35,072 nucleotides of DNA from Neoconidiobolus thromboides FSU 785 (Eukaryota > Fungi > Entomophthoromycota), in contig MU626459.1 of NCBI GenBank assembly GCA_025603075.1, forward strand, positions 1-35,072, in the 5' to 3' direction. The number at the start of each line of letters is the position of its first letter. The stretch's first letter is position 1. A program made the position numbers and the translations under genes. Below are positions 12,481 through 23,257 of this stretch, one piece after another. The notes beneath the pieces are model-generated. The model was not told the origin of the DNA. It searched no databases and worked only from the letters and a program-made list of their open reading frames with translations.

Positions 12481-12568
12481 ATTTATGTACTTTTTAATTT
12501 TACTGATAGCTTTTCCACTTAAATATCATTTGAAAAATAAGAACAAAGAAAACTAAAAACGCCTTTAT
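12481..12568 (-). mobile_element. Degenerate MITE-A copy
   Basis: AATTTTACTGATAGCTTTTCCACTTAAATATCATTTGAAAAA matches the core of the reverse copy at 32056; termini are decayed. Confidence 0.5.
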
Positions 12569-12668
12569 TTATAAACAAACATAATCTGAAATATTACTAT
12601 TTTAGCTATTGTTATAATTAATATCCTTTTTTTATATTAATTATAATAAAATTATTTGTTAAAGATAT

Positions 12669-12764
12669 GGGGCTGTTTTTTTAATTTCATTATTTTTCCA
12701 TTTTTAAGCGCTATTTGTGTGGAAAGATTGTTAGTGCAATTCTTAAACAAAAAAATACATCCCC
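12669..12764 (+). mobile_element. MITE-A copy (96 bp)
   Basis: GGGGCTGT...ACATCCCC; ATAT/ATAT flanks. Confidence 0.9.
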
Positions 12765-12919
12765 ATATAATGTATTCAAATAGTTTGGTAATTAAATATT
12801 TTAAAATAAAAAGCTAAAGTAGTAATTTTTTTAAATAATTATATACATAACAGCTTAATTAAATATAATTTAAAGCTTTAACACCTGGTTTAATTATAGT
12901 AGTAATTTAATGTTTTTAT

Positions 12920-13336
12920 TATGAAATATCGCTTTGTCAGCTCCATGATTCAGTATAGCATAACAGTCACTTGGGTTGTTGTGTTCTCGTGCTCAGATAC
13001 AATCAATTCCATGCTTTTAGTTTGATTTTCTGTGAGAATTCCTAACTTCACATTGCAAAGAATATTACCTCCCCGTTTTGATATCCATACTTATTGGAGT
13101 ATTCAGCATAACAACTCAAGGCTTTTTAATTGAATTATTCCGTGATATCTTGTATATTTGATAAAGCAACTAAATCCTTCTAGTAGTATTTTGCATAGAT
13201 TTTATAGTAGTATTGTCTACTCTATCTATTTTACATAGTCTATAGCCTATTACATGCTATTCTTCATCATTTAAGTCTATCTTAGTCACATAGACTAAGA
13301 CCTTTTGACTCCAATCACTGAGTACTAGACTTCACT
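12920..13336 (+). mobile_element. Solo LTR-3, old and divergent
   Basis: TATGAAAT...ACTTCACT; colinear with the other LTRs but with many substitutions and a 37-bp deletion near the 3' end; no recognisable TSD. Confidence 0.8.
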
Positions 13337-13368
13337 CTAAATACAAAATTTAATATTTAAGAAAAAAG

Positions 13369-13830
13369 TGTGAAATGTCGCTTTGTCAGTCCCATGGTTA
13401 ATTATAGCATAACAATCGCCTAAGCTGTTGTGTTCTCAAGTTTAGAGACAATCAATCCCACATTCTTAGTTTGATTTGCTATGAGGATTTCTAGCTCCAT
13501 TCCAAAGAATATTATCTTCTCATTTTGACATTTCTATTTTTCAGAGTATAAAAGAGTTTACAAAGTATAGTAGTTCGAGGCTTTTTAACTAATTATTCTT
13601 TGATATCTCGAACATTTAATAAAGCCACTAAGGTTTCTTAATAGTATCTTACCTAGATTTACATTAGTATTGTCTATTCTATTTGTCTTATATAGCTTGT
13701 AACCTATTACGTGCTATTCCTCATAATCCAAGTCTATCTTAGTCACATAAACTAAGACCTTTCGACTTATAGTGTAGTCAACCCAGCAATAGCTGTTCTT
13801 GACTCCAAACACTGAGTATCAGATTTCACA
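13369..13830 (+). mobile_element. Solo LTR-4 (462 bp)
   Basis: TGTGAAAT...ATTTCACA with 4-bp TSD AAAG (13365-13368 / 13831-13834). Confidence 0.88.
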
Positions 13831-14192
13831 AAAGCTATAAAAGTTTTTTCAATTAATTATTTATAATAAATAAAATTTTAATTTTAATTTTAACAGCTAA
13901 AATAAATTTATAAATAAAAAAATAATTTATTAGTAGTAAATTACACAAAAAGTAATAAAAAATAATATTAAAAAATAAGTTTAATTAATTAAATGTAATA
14001 AGATTTTAAAAAAAATTATACCAAAAAGTTTTTTACGCTCTATATTAAAATGTCATATATAAAAAACATAGTCTTGATTTTAATTTTATACTATAACTAT
14101 TAAATATAAATATCGAAATATCAAAATAATTTTTCTTCATTAATTTTTATTTAATTTTTTATATTATCTTTTATTATAAATATGTAATATAT

Positions 14193-14225
14193 GGGGATGT
14201 ATTTTTGTATTCAAGAATTTTACTA
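14193..14225 (-). mobile_element. MITE-A truncated copy
   Basis: ATAT-GGGGATGTATTTTTGTATTCAAGAATTTTACTA is the reverse complement of the 3' third of the element. Confidence 0.65.
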
Positions 14226-14320
14226 TGATTTAAAATAAACTTGTCTTATCTTTTATTTACAAACAATTGTATTAAAAATATGTATAAAAAGTATATACAA
14301 TTGTTTAGACTTTTAAATCT

Positions 14321-14414
14321 GGGGATGTTTTTTTTGATTTCATTACTTTTCCTCTTTTGAGTACTATTTGAGCAGAAAAACTGTTAGTAAATTCTTAAAC
14401 AAAAATACACCTCC
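14321..14414 (+). mobile_element. MITE-A copy
   Basis: GGGGATGT...ACACCTCC; flanks ATCT/GTCT. Confidence 0.75.
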
Positions 14415-15551
14415 GTCTATTAAAGTTGAATTATTATAAAAATTAAATTTTATTCTGTTTTGTTTGTTAACTTTAATTTATGATTGTACCTTGATTTAAC
14501 ATACACCAGTTAATTTTATTTTATTATTAGTTAATGATTTTAAATAAATTTAGAAACTTTATAAAGTATTTATTTAAGTTTAATTGCTAATTAAATAGCT
14601 ATTTATTTAATTCAATAAGGCTTATTTTATTTTTGAAGAAATTAATTACAGATTTTCATTTTAAAATCTTGCAGTAAAGTTTTCTAGTTACAAAGAATTA
14701 AATTGACTCAGTTCTGGATCAACAAAGTGATCATTTGCACTATATTACAATACATTCAAGTTAAAAAAGATAAATTGCCAATCAAATTTTTTAGTAAACA
14801 CTTTGGAAAAGTGTAATATGCCAATTTTTCTTTTGAAGATTTCAACTTGCTTGGAAGTTTATTCCAAGGTTTAAAATCTGAACAAAATTGCAACGCAATT
14901 TTTGCCCATTTAAAATACAAGAATCTAATAGAGTCATCCAAAATATTTAGCTTTTATTTACCCACCCCTAAAATCAACAAATTATGATCCAATACCTAAC
15001 CAATCAAGTGAAGCTCTTTGGTAAGTACTTTTCTAAAATCGAATCAACTACAAATCATTTGAAGCTCTACAACGTCATCTTAAACCAATGGCCAGGTGGG
15101 AACCTATCATTCTTTAGCTTAGCCATTAAGGGATAGATAAAGCAGTCACATCTTGATTTTAGAACCGGGTTAACTGGAGTATTGTATAGAATGTGATAAA
15201 AGTATTTTTGAAGCTATAAAATATAAAGTAGAGTAATAATAATAAAACAGTAAAGATAGGTTTTATATGAGGCAACTATTATTTTATTATGTTGGTGTTA
15301 TATGTATACTAATTTAAAATATAGTTATAGTCATCAATTTGAATTTGATTTTATTGTAAAATAAGAATTTAACTCCACTTTTAAAAATTACTTTATAAAT
15401 CTAAAAAAAGAAATTGAAAATTAACGAATGATAATATTAATCCAGTCCAAAACTAGAATGTGAGAAAAATAAAAATAAAAATGTGGAGAAGGAAAAAAGG
15501 AAATAAATACTCATTTTATAGAACAAAAGACTTTTAATTCTCTTTAAAAAA

Positions 15552-16736
15552 ATGATAACTAAATTACCTTACTTGATGCTTGAAACGGTCATGGACTTAT
15601 TACCAATTGACGATAAGTTAAATAGTGCTTTATTATACAAAGAATGGTATCTCTTGATCTTAAATAAAATCCTTTATAAACTGGAAATTAAAGGAATTAA
15701 ACAATATCAGTTGTGGATTAATGTAATTAAATCTAAAGGTCACTTAATCAAACATATAAAGATGGAACAGGTGAATGAATGTCACATCAAACAAGTGTTA
15801 AAGTATTGTACAAAACTAAGAAAGTTAGAAATCGATATTAGTAATTTAAGAATTGAAAAGGAATTCAATATTGAAATTCAACATATCAAAAGTTTTAAAT
15901 TAAGTAGTAATAGGCTAAAAAGCCAATTGTTTCTATTTAATAGTTTGAACTGTTTACATTTAGATCTCCCATTATTTCAATCGGACTCTATGTTGAATCT
16001 ATTGACTAAGGTAAAGCAATTAAATTCGTTATCTATTAGATTATTCCAATTTGAACAACCTTTGTTGACGTATTGTTTTAATTTGAATGTAAAAGTATTG
16101 AATTTAAATGGAAAGTTGAATAATCAAATGAATACGGTTACCGTTGATAACAACACTATTCGGAAGCTATATCTCAATTTTAATCATAACAACAAATTAG
16201 TTTATTATATCAATACAAATCAACTTCATACCTTGGAGTTAATTAATGATAATAATCAATTATTACATCAATTCAAATTAGTCAAAAACTCGGTATTAAC
16301 TCATTTAACACTAAAGAATATCAAATTAACTAAAAAACAATATTCCCAATTTCCAAACTTGAAGAAGTTGAATTTTGGTAATGATAATAATTCCAATTAT
16401 AAACATTTTTGGTATCTCTGCTCTAAACTTAGGTTGATATCGCTTACTATTAATGATCCCAAATTGAATGATAATACTTTTACTCATTTTAAATGTATAG
16501 CTTCTTTACAACAGTTTTGTTTAATAAGTCCACTATATCTTAATGTGAATTTCTGGTTGAGTATTAACTTTAAATTGAGACAGTTAACACGATTAATAGT
16601 ACATAATAAGTCAACTACAATTGTCGACCAAGTACCAAAATTCCCTCTAAAAAATAGCATTTTATTTTTATATTTACAAGATAAGCATATCAATTTAAAA
16701 CTATTTCCTAACTTAATTCATGCTTATTTATTATAA
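15552..16736 (+). CDS. F-box-like protein with degenerate leucine-rich C-terminus, 394 aa
   Basis: N-terminal LPYLMLETVMDLLPIDDKLNSALLYKEW fits the F-box pattern (LP..l...i...L...D......v.k.W); repeated LxxLxL segments follow. Confidence 0.65.
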   Translation: MITKLPYLMLETVMDLLPIDDKLNSALLYKEWYLLILNKILYKLEIKGIKQYQLWINVIKSKGHLIKHIKMEQVNECHIKQVLKYCTKLRKLEIDISNLRIEKEFNIEIQHIKSFKLSSNRLKSQLFLFNSLNCLHLDLPLFQSDSMLNLLTKVKQLNSLSIRLFQFEQPLLTYCFNLNVKVLNLNGKLNNQMNTVTVDNNTIRKLYLNFNHNNKLVYYINTNQLHTLELINDNNQLLHQFKLVKNSVLTHLTLKNIKLTKKQYSQFPNLKKLNFGNDNNSNYKHFWYLCSKLRLISLTINDPKLNDNTFTHFKCIASLQQFCLISPLYLNVNFWLSINFKLRQLTRLIVHNKSTTIVDQVPKFPLKNSILFLYLQDKHINLKLFPNLIHAYLL

Positions 16737-16780
16737 TAAAATATTATATTATTTGTTGTTAAAAACGAATGATTTGTTAT

Positions 16781-17971
16781 TTATTCAACTAAATTATAAG
16801 CTAATAAATTATTTGTATTTAAATTTAGACCTTTAAGTTGACCCTTTGTAGTAGCTTGAGTAATTTTATCATATAACTGAAAAGGATCTGAATTTTCAAT
16901 GCTTAAGAAATAAGCCATAAGTCCAGCGACATGAGGGGAAGCCATGGAAGTACCCGAAATTGTGTTAGTTTTACCATTGTTCCAAGTAGATAAAATATTC
17001 TCTCCAGGGGCAAATAAAGACACACATTTTCCCCAATTAGAAAAACTAGCTTTTAAGTCTTGGTTATTACTAGCTCCAACTGATAGCACATACTCAGAGC
17101 TAGCAGGTGAATAATCACAAGCATTATTATTATCATTTCCTGCAGCAACCGCAAATGCTAATCCAGATTTAACTGCTGCTTCTACAGCTCTATTAATGGA
17201 TTCAGAATATTCTCCACCTAAAGACATATTAGCTACAGATGTGTTCTTATTCTTTTTGGCATCTTTAGCAGCCCATTGAATTCCAGCAATAATATCTGAA
17301 TATGCTCCACTACCTTCAGCGTTTAGCACCTTAACTGCAACTAAAGTGGCTTTTTTTGCTACTCCATATAACCTGGATCCTACCGTACCAGCAACATGAG
17401 TACCATGACCATTATCATCTATATCATCCGAATCGGAAAATGTTTTTCCCCATTTTGCACGACCTTCAAATTCAGGATGATTAATGTTAATTCCTGTGTC
17501 AATCACATATACATTTACATTACTACCACCATTATTATCAAATACATAATCATTAGATTTCTTTATTCTTTGTGAAAGTCTACTAAGTCCCCAAGGAGCA
17601 TTTAATTGACGCAATAAATCAATGCTCATAGTTCTATCTTCTTCAATTAGTTCTACTTCTCTCATTCCACGAATTGATTTTATTGTGGTAGGACTAAATT
17701 GTCCACAATACCCTTTGAAGTTGTCATGGTTATAGATATATTTCAATTGTAATTCAGTATTATTTAGAACTGATCTTGTGTTACTTTGTATTAGTGAGCG
17801 AACTTTAGTTAAATGAATATTTAATATGTCCATATTGGACCGAGTATTCTCTTGTGTTGATATGCCTGCATTCGATTGAGCATCTTGTTGTTTTAGTAAT
17901 ATTATATAATTGGTTGGGCTTGATGTTGCTATGGATGGTATTAAACAGATTAAATAGAAGAGAAATTTCAT
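16781..17971 (-). CDS. Secreted subtilisin-like serine protease (S8A, proteinase K/Pr1 type) with I9 prodomain, 396 aa
   Basis: Signal peptide MKFLFYLICLIPSIATS; catalytic motifs VYVIDTG, NGHGTHVAG and GTSMASPHVAG; APWGLSR at the mature N-terminus. Confidence 0.95.
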   Translation of the reverse strand: MKFLFYLICLIPSIATSSPTNYIILLKQQDAQSNAGISTQENTRSNMDILNIHLTKVRSLIQSNTRSVLNNTELQLKYIYNHDNFKGYCGQFSPTTIKSIRGMREVELIEEDRTMSIDLLRQLNAPWGLSRLSQRIKKSNDYVFDNNGGSNVNVYVIDTGININHPEFEGRAKWGKTFSDSDDIDDNGHGTHVAGTVGSRLYGVAKKATLVAVKVLNAEGSGAYSDIIAGIQWAAKDAKKNKNTSVANMSLGGEYSESINRAVEAAVKSGLAFAVAAGNDNNNACDYSPASSEYVLSVGASNNQDLKASFSNWGKCVSLFAPGENILSTWNNGKTNTISGTSMASPHVAGLMAYFLSIENSDPFQLYDKITQATTKGQLKGLNLNTNNLLAYNLVE

Positions 17972-17973
17972 TG

Positions 17974-18013
17974 TATTTATTATTATTTATTATTATTTAT
18001 TATTATTTATTAT
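17974..18013. repeat. 10-bp tandem repeat (TATTTATTAT)n
   Basis: About four units immediately upstream of the subtilisin ATG. Confidence 0.7.
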
Positions 18014-18333
18014 TTTTTTATATAAGATTTTAAATGTTTTTTTATGTTTTTATATCTTTCTTTGATATAAGTCTAACTTTATTTATTGAGTGTAGATTTT
18101 GAATTTTTCAATTATCTTAATTAGGTTAACTAGTAGCTGATAAAACTACAAAGTTTTATAAAAAATTGAAGTTTGAGATTTGAGTAACAGTAAAGAAAAT
18201 ACAAGTTTAAATTACTAAATAGAACTATTATCAATTACTAAATGAATTCATATACTAATTAAATACTAAAAATAAAAATGACTTCACATATTAAACAGAT
18301 TAATTTATTCCATACAACTCATTCAGCATTATT

Positions 18334-19179
18334 CTAAAAACTACTAGCTCTCCCAAACACTTGCGTCCAATAGAGGTGATTGACCCCAGCCCCAAACTCG
18401 TCATATTCCTTATTGATCATATTCTTATAATGTCCTGGGGAATGGTACCAAGCTAGCACGACCTCCTTAACCGTCCTTTGATTCCACGCTACATTTTCAG
18501 CCACTGCTCGCCATCGGTATCCAATATTACTTACTCGATCACCTGGAGAAGACCCATCTGAACCCACATGACTCATTTTATGATGACGATATTGATCATC
18601 ACTATGCCTCTGAGCACATTTGGTTAATAAAGAATTATATTTTAATGGCCTTGCATTCGCTTTTTTTCTTATTTGGTTGACATAAGCTAGCATTAAGCGA
18701 TAGTCAAGTGGACCATTTGTGCTATTGTTTGCTAATCCATTTACTGGTTGATCTTCATTTTCCTTATTGTTTGTAGTATCGGTATTTGGCTTTGGACTTG
18801 GATATTCGTTTTTTAATAGGAAATCATTATCATTTTTGTCACTTAACTTGTTGTATTCTATATTATTATTGCTATAAGGGTTATTATTATTATAAGGATT
18901 ATTATTATTATTATAAGGATTATTATTATTATAAGGATTATTATTGCTATAAGGGTTATAAGGTCTATATGAGTTATAGGAACCATCTTTATTTGAGATG
19001 ATTTGCTGATACTTCTTCCCGTTTTTGATTATAGTATTTTTTATAAATACATTTGTGTCTTTAGAGTTTGGATCTAAGCCGCTTATTACTGTTATTGGGG
19101 GCCCATTGTTTGTTACTTTGTTGATTATATCTATCGAAGTTATAAAATTTAGTAGAAATAAATAACAGTAGACTTTCAT
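18334..19179 (-). CDS. Secreted CAP/SCP-domain protein (bacterial YkwD-like subtype) with Asn-rich linker, 281 aa
   Basis: Hydrophobic N-terminus; C-terminal VNQIR...L..N..L...AQRHS...MSH.GSDGS...R...ENVAW...AWYHSPGH..N...GAG...WTQVFG. Confidence 0.88.
   Translation of the reverse strand: MKVYCYLFLLNFITSIDIINKVTNNGPPITVISGLDPNSKDTNVFIKNTIIKNGKKYQQIISNKDGSYNSYRPYNPYSNNNPYNNNNPYNNNNNPYNNNNPYSNNNIEYNKLSDKNDNDFLLKNEYPSPKPNTDTTNNKENEDQPVNGLANNSTNGPLDYRLMLAYVNQIRKKANARPLKYNSLLTKCAQRHSDDQYRHHKMSHVGSDGSSPGDRVSNIGYRWRAVAENVAWNQRTVKEVVLAWYHSPGHYKNMINKEYDEFGAGVNHLYWTQVFGRASSF
18862..18968 (-). repeat. Coding tandem repeat encoding (N/S)NNNPY units
   Basis: YNPYSNNNPYNNNNPYNNNNNPYNNNNPYSNNN within the CAP gene. 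Confidence 0.8.
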
Positions 19180-19771
19180 CTTTAATTTAGTAGTACAAAA
19201 TTATTTAAAAAGATAGGATTTCTTTTTTGAGTGTAGTAAAATATTTATATTTATAAAGTTCATCAAACTTCTCTTTGATTAAAACTAATCTTTTTAGTTG
19301 ATCTTAAATTTTAAATGAATTTTTTTGTTTAGATAATCTTGTTTTTAGTGAGTTTAAATTTAGAAAAATTTAAACCCTTTTTTAATGAGTAGACAGACCA
19401 TTTTTCAAAATAGTCCATAGTGTATCATTTTTTTAAAAGTAGTTGATGTTGGGCCATTTCATATTTGCCCTTTTTTAATAAAAAAAATCCAGAAGTTATT
19501 GGTTGCAACAGTAAATGATGCTTTGTTTAAAAATAATGTTGCTTTTGCTGCAAGTATTCTCAATATAGCAGCTATATATCTATAACAAATAAGATTTCCC
19601 CTTAAAAAAGCATATATGGCTAATTAATAACTCTGATAGTATTGTAATTAAAGCCTTCATATTAAAAGATTCAACTAATTTTTAATTACTTTACTATCAC
19701 AAATGAGCATTGTCTACACATAGTTTCAAATCAAAATAAAATCATGGTGAATTGAGTTTAAATACAGTTTG

Positions 19772-19927
19772 CAGCTGCTACAACTCTATTACGACTTAAT
19801 TTGCGGTAGTTTTTACAGTCAACTATTTGTTTGTTAAATTTTTTTAATACTTAACTATTTTGGCATGATTCAGAAAAATTTATTCTTAAGCGAATAGTTA
19901 GTTGTCGCAATAGAGTTGTAGCAGTTG
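19772..19927. mobile_element. Putative MITE-B (156 bp, 24-bp inverted repeats)
   Basis: CAGCTGCTACAACTCTATTACGAC versus the reverse complement CAACTGCTACAACTCTATTGCGAC (22/24 match); single copy in the window. Confidence 0.55.
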
Positions 19928-20563
19928 TAATTCAAATTAACCCTTTGAGTATTGAGTTTTAGAGAAATCGTGATCCAATTAGCATAGAATTAATTAAAAA
20001 GTATGATATAATGGGGCATAATTTTTTGAAAAATTTGGTATTGAAAGAGTTAACAAGTATATTAGAAAATACTATCACTCAATGAAATATACATGTTCAT
20101 TAGTACATCATTAAAACTGCCTTAGTTGAATTAAAGTTTATCCATTTTATTACCTATAATATTTAGCCGCACTCCTTCAATTTTTTATTGTAAAACATTT
20201 TTTACAAGTTTATACTCAAAGTTAAAGCTTGTCATTGAAAGTGGTTTTGAGTCTGGGTTTTATTCTATTTGGTAGTTATGTAAGAAAAATGATTAAAATA
20301 TAATAAAACTTTAAATAGAAAATGTAATATTTACTTTAAAATTATAGTGTTTTGTTATGTTATAAATAAACTTTCAATAAAAGGGAGTTTATTAAAAATA
20401 AATACGTTTAAAAGTTTTAAAAGTATTAAAATTATACTTAAGGATTTTAACGGTTTAATAACTCTTGTTTATAATTTTTATCCCTGTTTTCTGCGGAAAG
20501 TACAAAATTCCATCTTGTTTTGTTACAAATATCGAGTATGAAGTTCTGTTTGTCAAAACAAAT

Positions 20564-20631
20564 ATTTTATTTTATTTTATTTTATTTTATTTTATTTTAT
20601 TTTATTTTTATTTTTATTTTTATTTTTATTT
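20564..20631. repeat. (ATTTT)n/(ATTTTT)n microsatellite
   Basis: Direct reading of the sequence. Confidence 0.85.
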
Positions 20632-20812
20632 AAATATTAAAAATGCAAACTCACAAGTGTTTTATTTATAGTGGTAAGCATAATGTGGATATATTCATAT
20701 AAATTTACTGTATAAACATTGACTATAAAGCTAATTATACTAAAATGAAATAGTTTACGTGATTTATTGCGATACTATTCCATTGTACTCAAATCATCCT
20801 CACAAATAATAT

Positions 20813-20909
20813 GAGGATGCTTCTTTTGGTTCCGTTGCTTTTTTCATTCTTATGCACTATTTGAGTGGAAAAACTGTTAGCGAGATTCTTGAACAAAAAA
20901 GTACATCCC
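20813..20909 (+). mobile_element. MITE-A copy
   Basis: GAGGATGC...ACATCCC; ATAT/ATAT flanks. Confidence 0.8.
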
Positions 20910-21754
20910 ATATATAAAATACTATGACTATATTTAATTTAAAAGAGTTTTTTTGGATAGAGTTATAAATGTGATATAATTAATAGAGTTTAAAAGACCA
21001 ATAATAATTAAGCTATATGAATACTACTTTGTTATATAGTAGTTTATAGTTCCATTTAAATTGTTAAACTTTACATTGATCCAAGCATATTATAATTGTA
21101 ATAAAATATTGTAGCTAATCATAAACTAAATTAGCAATCTTTCAAAAGATTTGCAATCTCAAACTATTCTAAAGCTTTGCCTGCTTTTTAATAAAACTAA
21201 AGACCACCTTAAAACATTTACAGTAAAAACACACTAGCTTTTTTTTCAATCTTATTTTTAATTTTACATAATTTACTAATGGCTTATTAACAAAATTAAT
21301 TTAAGAATTTGATGTCATTTAAGCCTTTGATAAATTTGAACTCAGGGTTTATAAAATAATAATAGATTTTAATTATTTGCTCATAACTAAATCATTTGTG
21401 CGTGAAATAAAAATATTTAATTCCTCATGTATAAAATAATTTAAAAAGAAAATAGCTAAATAAAAACAATGTAAATTCAATAAAGTTTATTGACATAAAC
21501 AAATTAATACTATTTAATATAATTTTTTTTATAACAGTAAGACCTAGAATTCTTTAACCAAAACCAATAATAACTGAACTGATTGACAAAAATAAGTCAA
21601 TTTTTGTATCATATTGTTTAGCATTTTAATCAGTTCATAAATTTCACCTGTGCTTAAACGGATGAAACCATCTTATTGGCTAAATTAAAAAGGCATAAAT
21701 AATAATTTTAAGAAACAATATAAAAAGACAATCGAATGTCTTCAATTTCAATAA

Positions 21755-23257
21755 ATGATTAAAGATAAAAATAATAGTAGTGATTTAAGTGTTGCTTTAG
21801 ACTCCAAGGAATTGAATATCAATGGATATTTAATATTTTCTTGTATTGTAGCTGCCTTGGCAGCTTTTAATTCTGGATTCAACACTGGTGTAGCGAATAT
21901 TCCAGAAGCTACAATTCGTAAATGTGGGGAAGTTACAGTAGAAAATGGCTTCCCGGATTGTTTACCAGCAAGTGATTTAGTATGGTAAGTACACAAATAT
22001 ATAATGTTTTTTATTATTTCTAAAATGTAAATTAGGGGTGTCGTTATTGGATTATTTGCTTTAGGAGGAGGTTTTGGCGGTTTATCCGCTTCCAAATTAT
22101 TATCTTGGTTAGGTAGACGTAACAGTTTATTATTAAACAATGTTTTCTTTATAGTCGGTGGAGTATTATTGGGAACTGCTACTACATTGGCTCAAATGGG
22201 AGTGGGAAGATTTTTAGTTGGTGTTGGCAGTGGTATTGCTTCTGTAGGAGTATCTACTTATATTGGAGAAATTGCTACTAATAAATGTAGAGGTGCCATG
22301 GGTGCCGTATTACAATTTATGATGGTAGTTGGTATCTTATTTGCACAAGGTATCAGTATTCCATTAAACAGTTCACCTGGATGGAGAGTATTATTTGCTA
22401 TTACTGCTGTTCCAGCTATCCTTCAATTAGTTTTATTTCCCATGTGCGTAGAAACCCCAAGGTATCTCGTATCTGTTCGTAATATGGAAAAAGCAAAAGA
22501 AAATTTAGAAAAATTAAGACGTGGCTATAATATTGAGAATGAATTTAATGAAATCGTAGAAGGACAATATAGTTCTCCAAAAGATGATACTAATGATCTA
22601 CCATTAGATCAAAGTACTGATGTTAATCCATTTATGCAATTATTTAAGGACAAAGTATTATTTAGACATTTAACATGGGCAGTAGTTATTCATGCAGCTC
22701 AACAATTCTCAGGTATAAATGGGGTTATATTCTATTCAACATCTATATTTGAAAAGACTTTTGGTTCCGAAAATGCACCTTATGTTACTTTGGGTGTAGC
22801 AGTTCTTAATTTGATTGTTACTATTCTCTCTGTCTTTTTAATTGATAGATTAGGTCGTAAATTTTTACTATTACTTAGTTTATTAGGAATGTGTATCTTC
22901 AGTGTTTTAATTGTAATTGGGTCAGTTTATCTCGTTGATATTTTAGTTGTTGTTAGTGTATTATTATTTGTTGCTTCATTTGCTATTGGGTTAGGGCCAA
23001 TTCCATGGTTAATAATATCGGAAATATTCCCAACCAAACCATTAGCTGCAGCATCAGCTATTGCTATGGGAGTCAATTGGTTTTGTAATTTTGCTGTTGG
23101 GTTACTTTTCCCAACGATATTATCTGGCTTAGGAGATTACACATTTGTTATTTTTGCTGTTATAACATTCGCATCAGCAATATTTATATTTTCATTCATA
23201 CCTGAAACTAAAGGACGTACAATTGAAGAGATCCTAGCTTCTTCATATGCCTCCTAA
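21755..23257 (+). CDS. Sugar porter (GLUT/SLC2A-like MFS hexose transporter), ~483 aa, 2 exons
   Basis: Exons 21755-21984 and 22036-23257, with a 51-nt intron GTAAGT...ATTAG. Motifs FNSGFNTGV, LGRR, GRFLVG, YIGEIA...RG, VETPRYL, QQFSGING, DRLGRK, GLGPIPW and PETKGRT. Confidence 0.93.

Noticed and set aside
12920-13830. LTR-3 + 32-bp spacer + LTR-4 as a TRIM-like mini-retrotransposon (the spacer ends in purine-rich AAGAAAAAAG)
   Set aside because: LTR-4 has its own AAAG/AAAG TSD, the two LTRs are far too divergent to be a co-inserted pair, and no PBS is visible.
5927-13830. Inverted LTRs flanking the ABCC gene as a composite element or a simple inversion
   Set aside because: The outer flanks are not duplicated. 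Swapped-TSD logic fails (LTR-2 flanks CCTT/GAAT versus LTR-3 TTAT/CTAA), and LTR-4 retains an intact TSD.
20347-20671. Two overlapping 64-68 aa ORFs
   Set aside because: They have alternative starts in AT-rich DNA, one reads through the ATTTT microsatellite, and neither has coding features.
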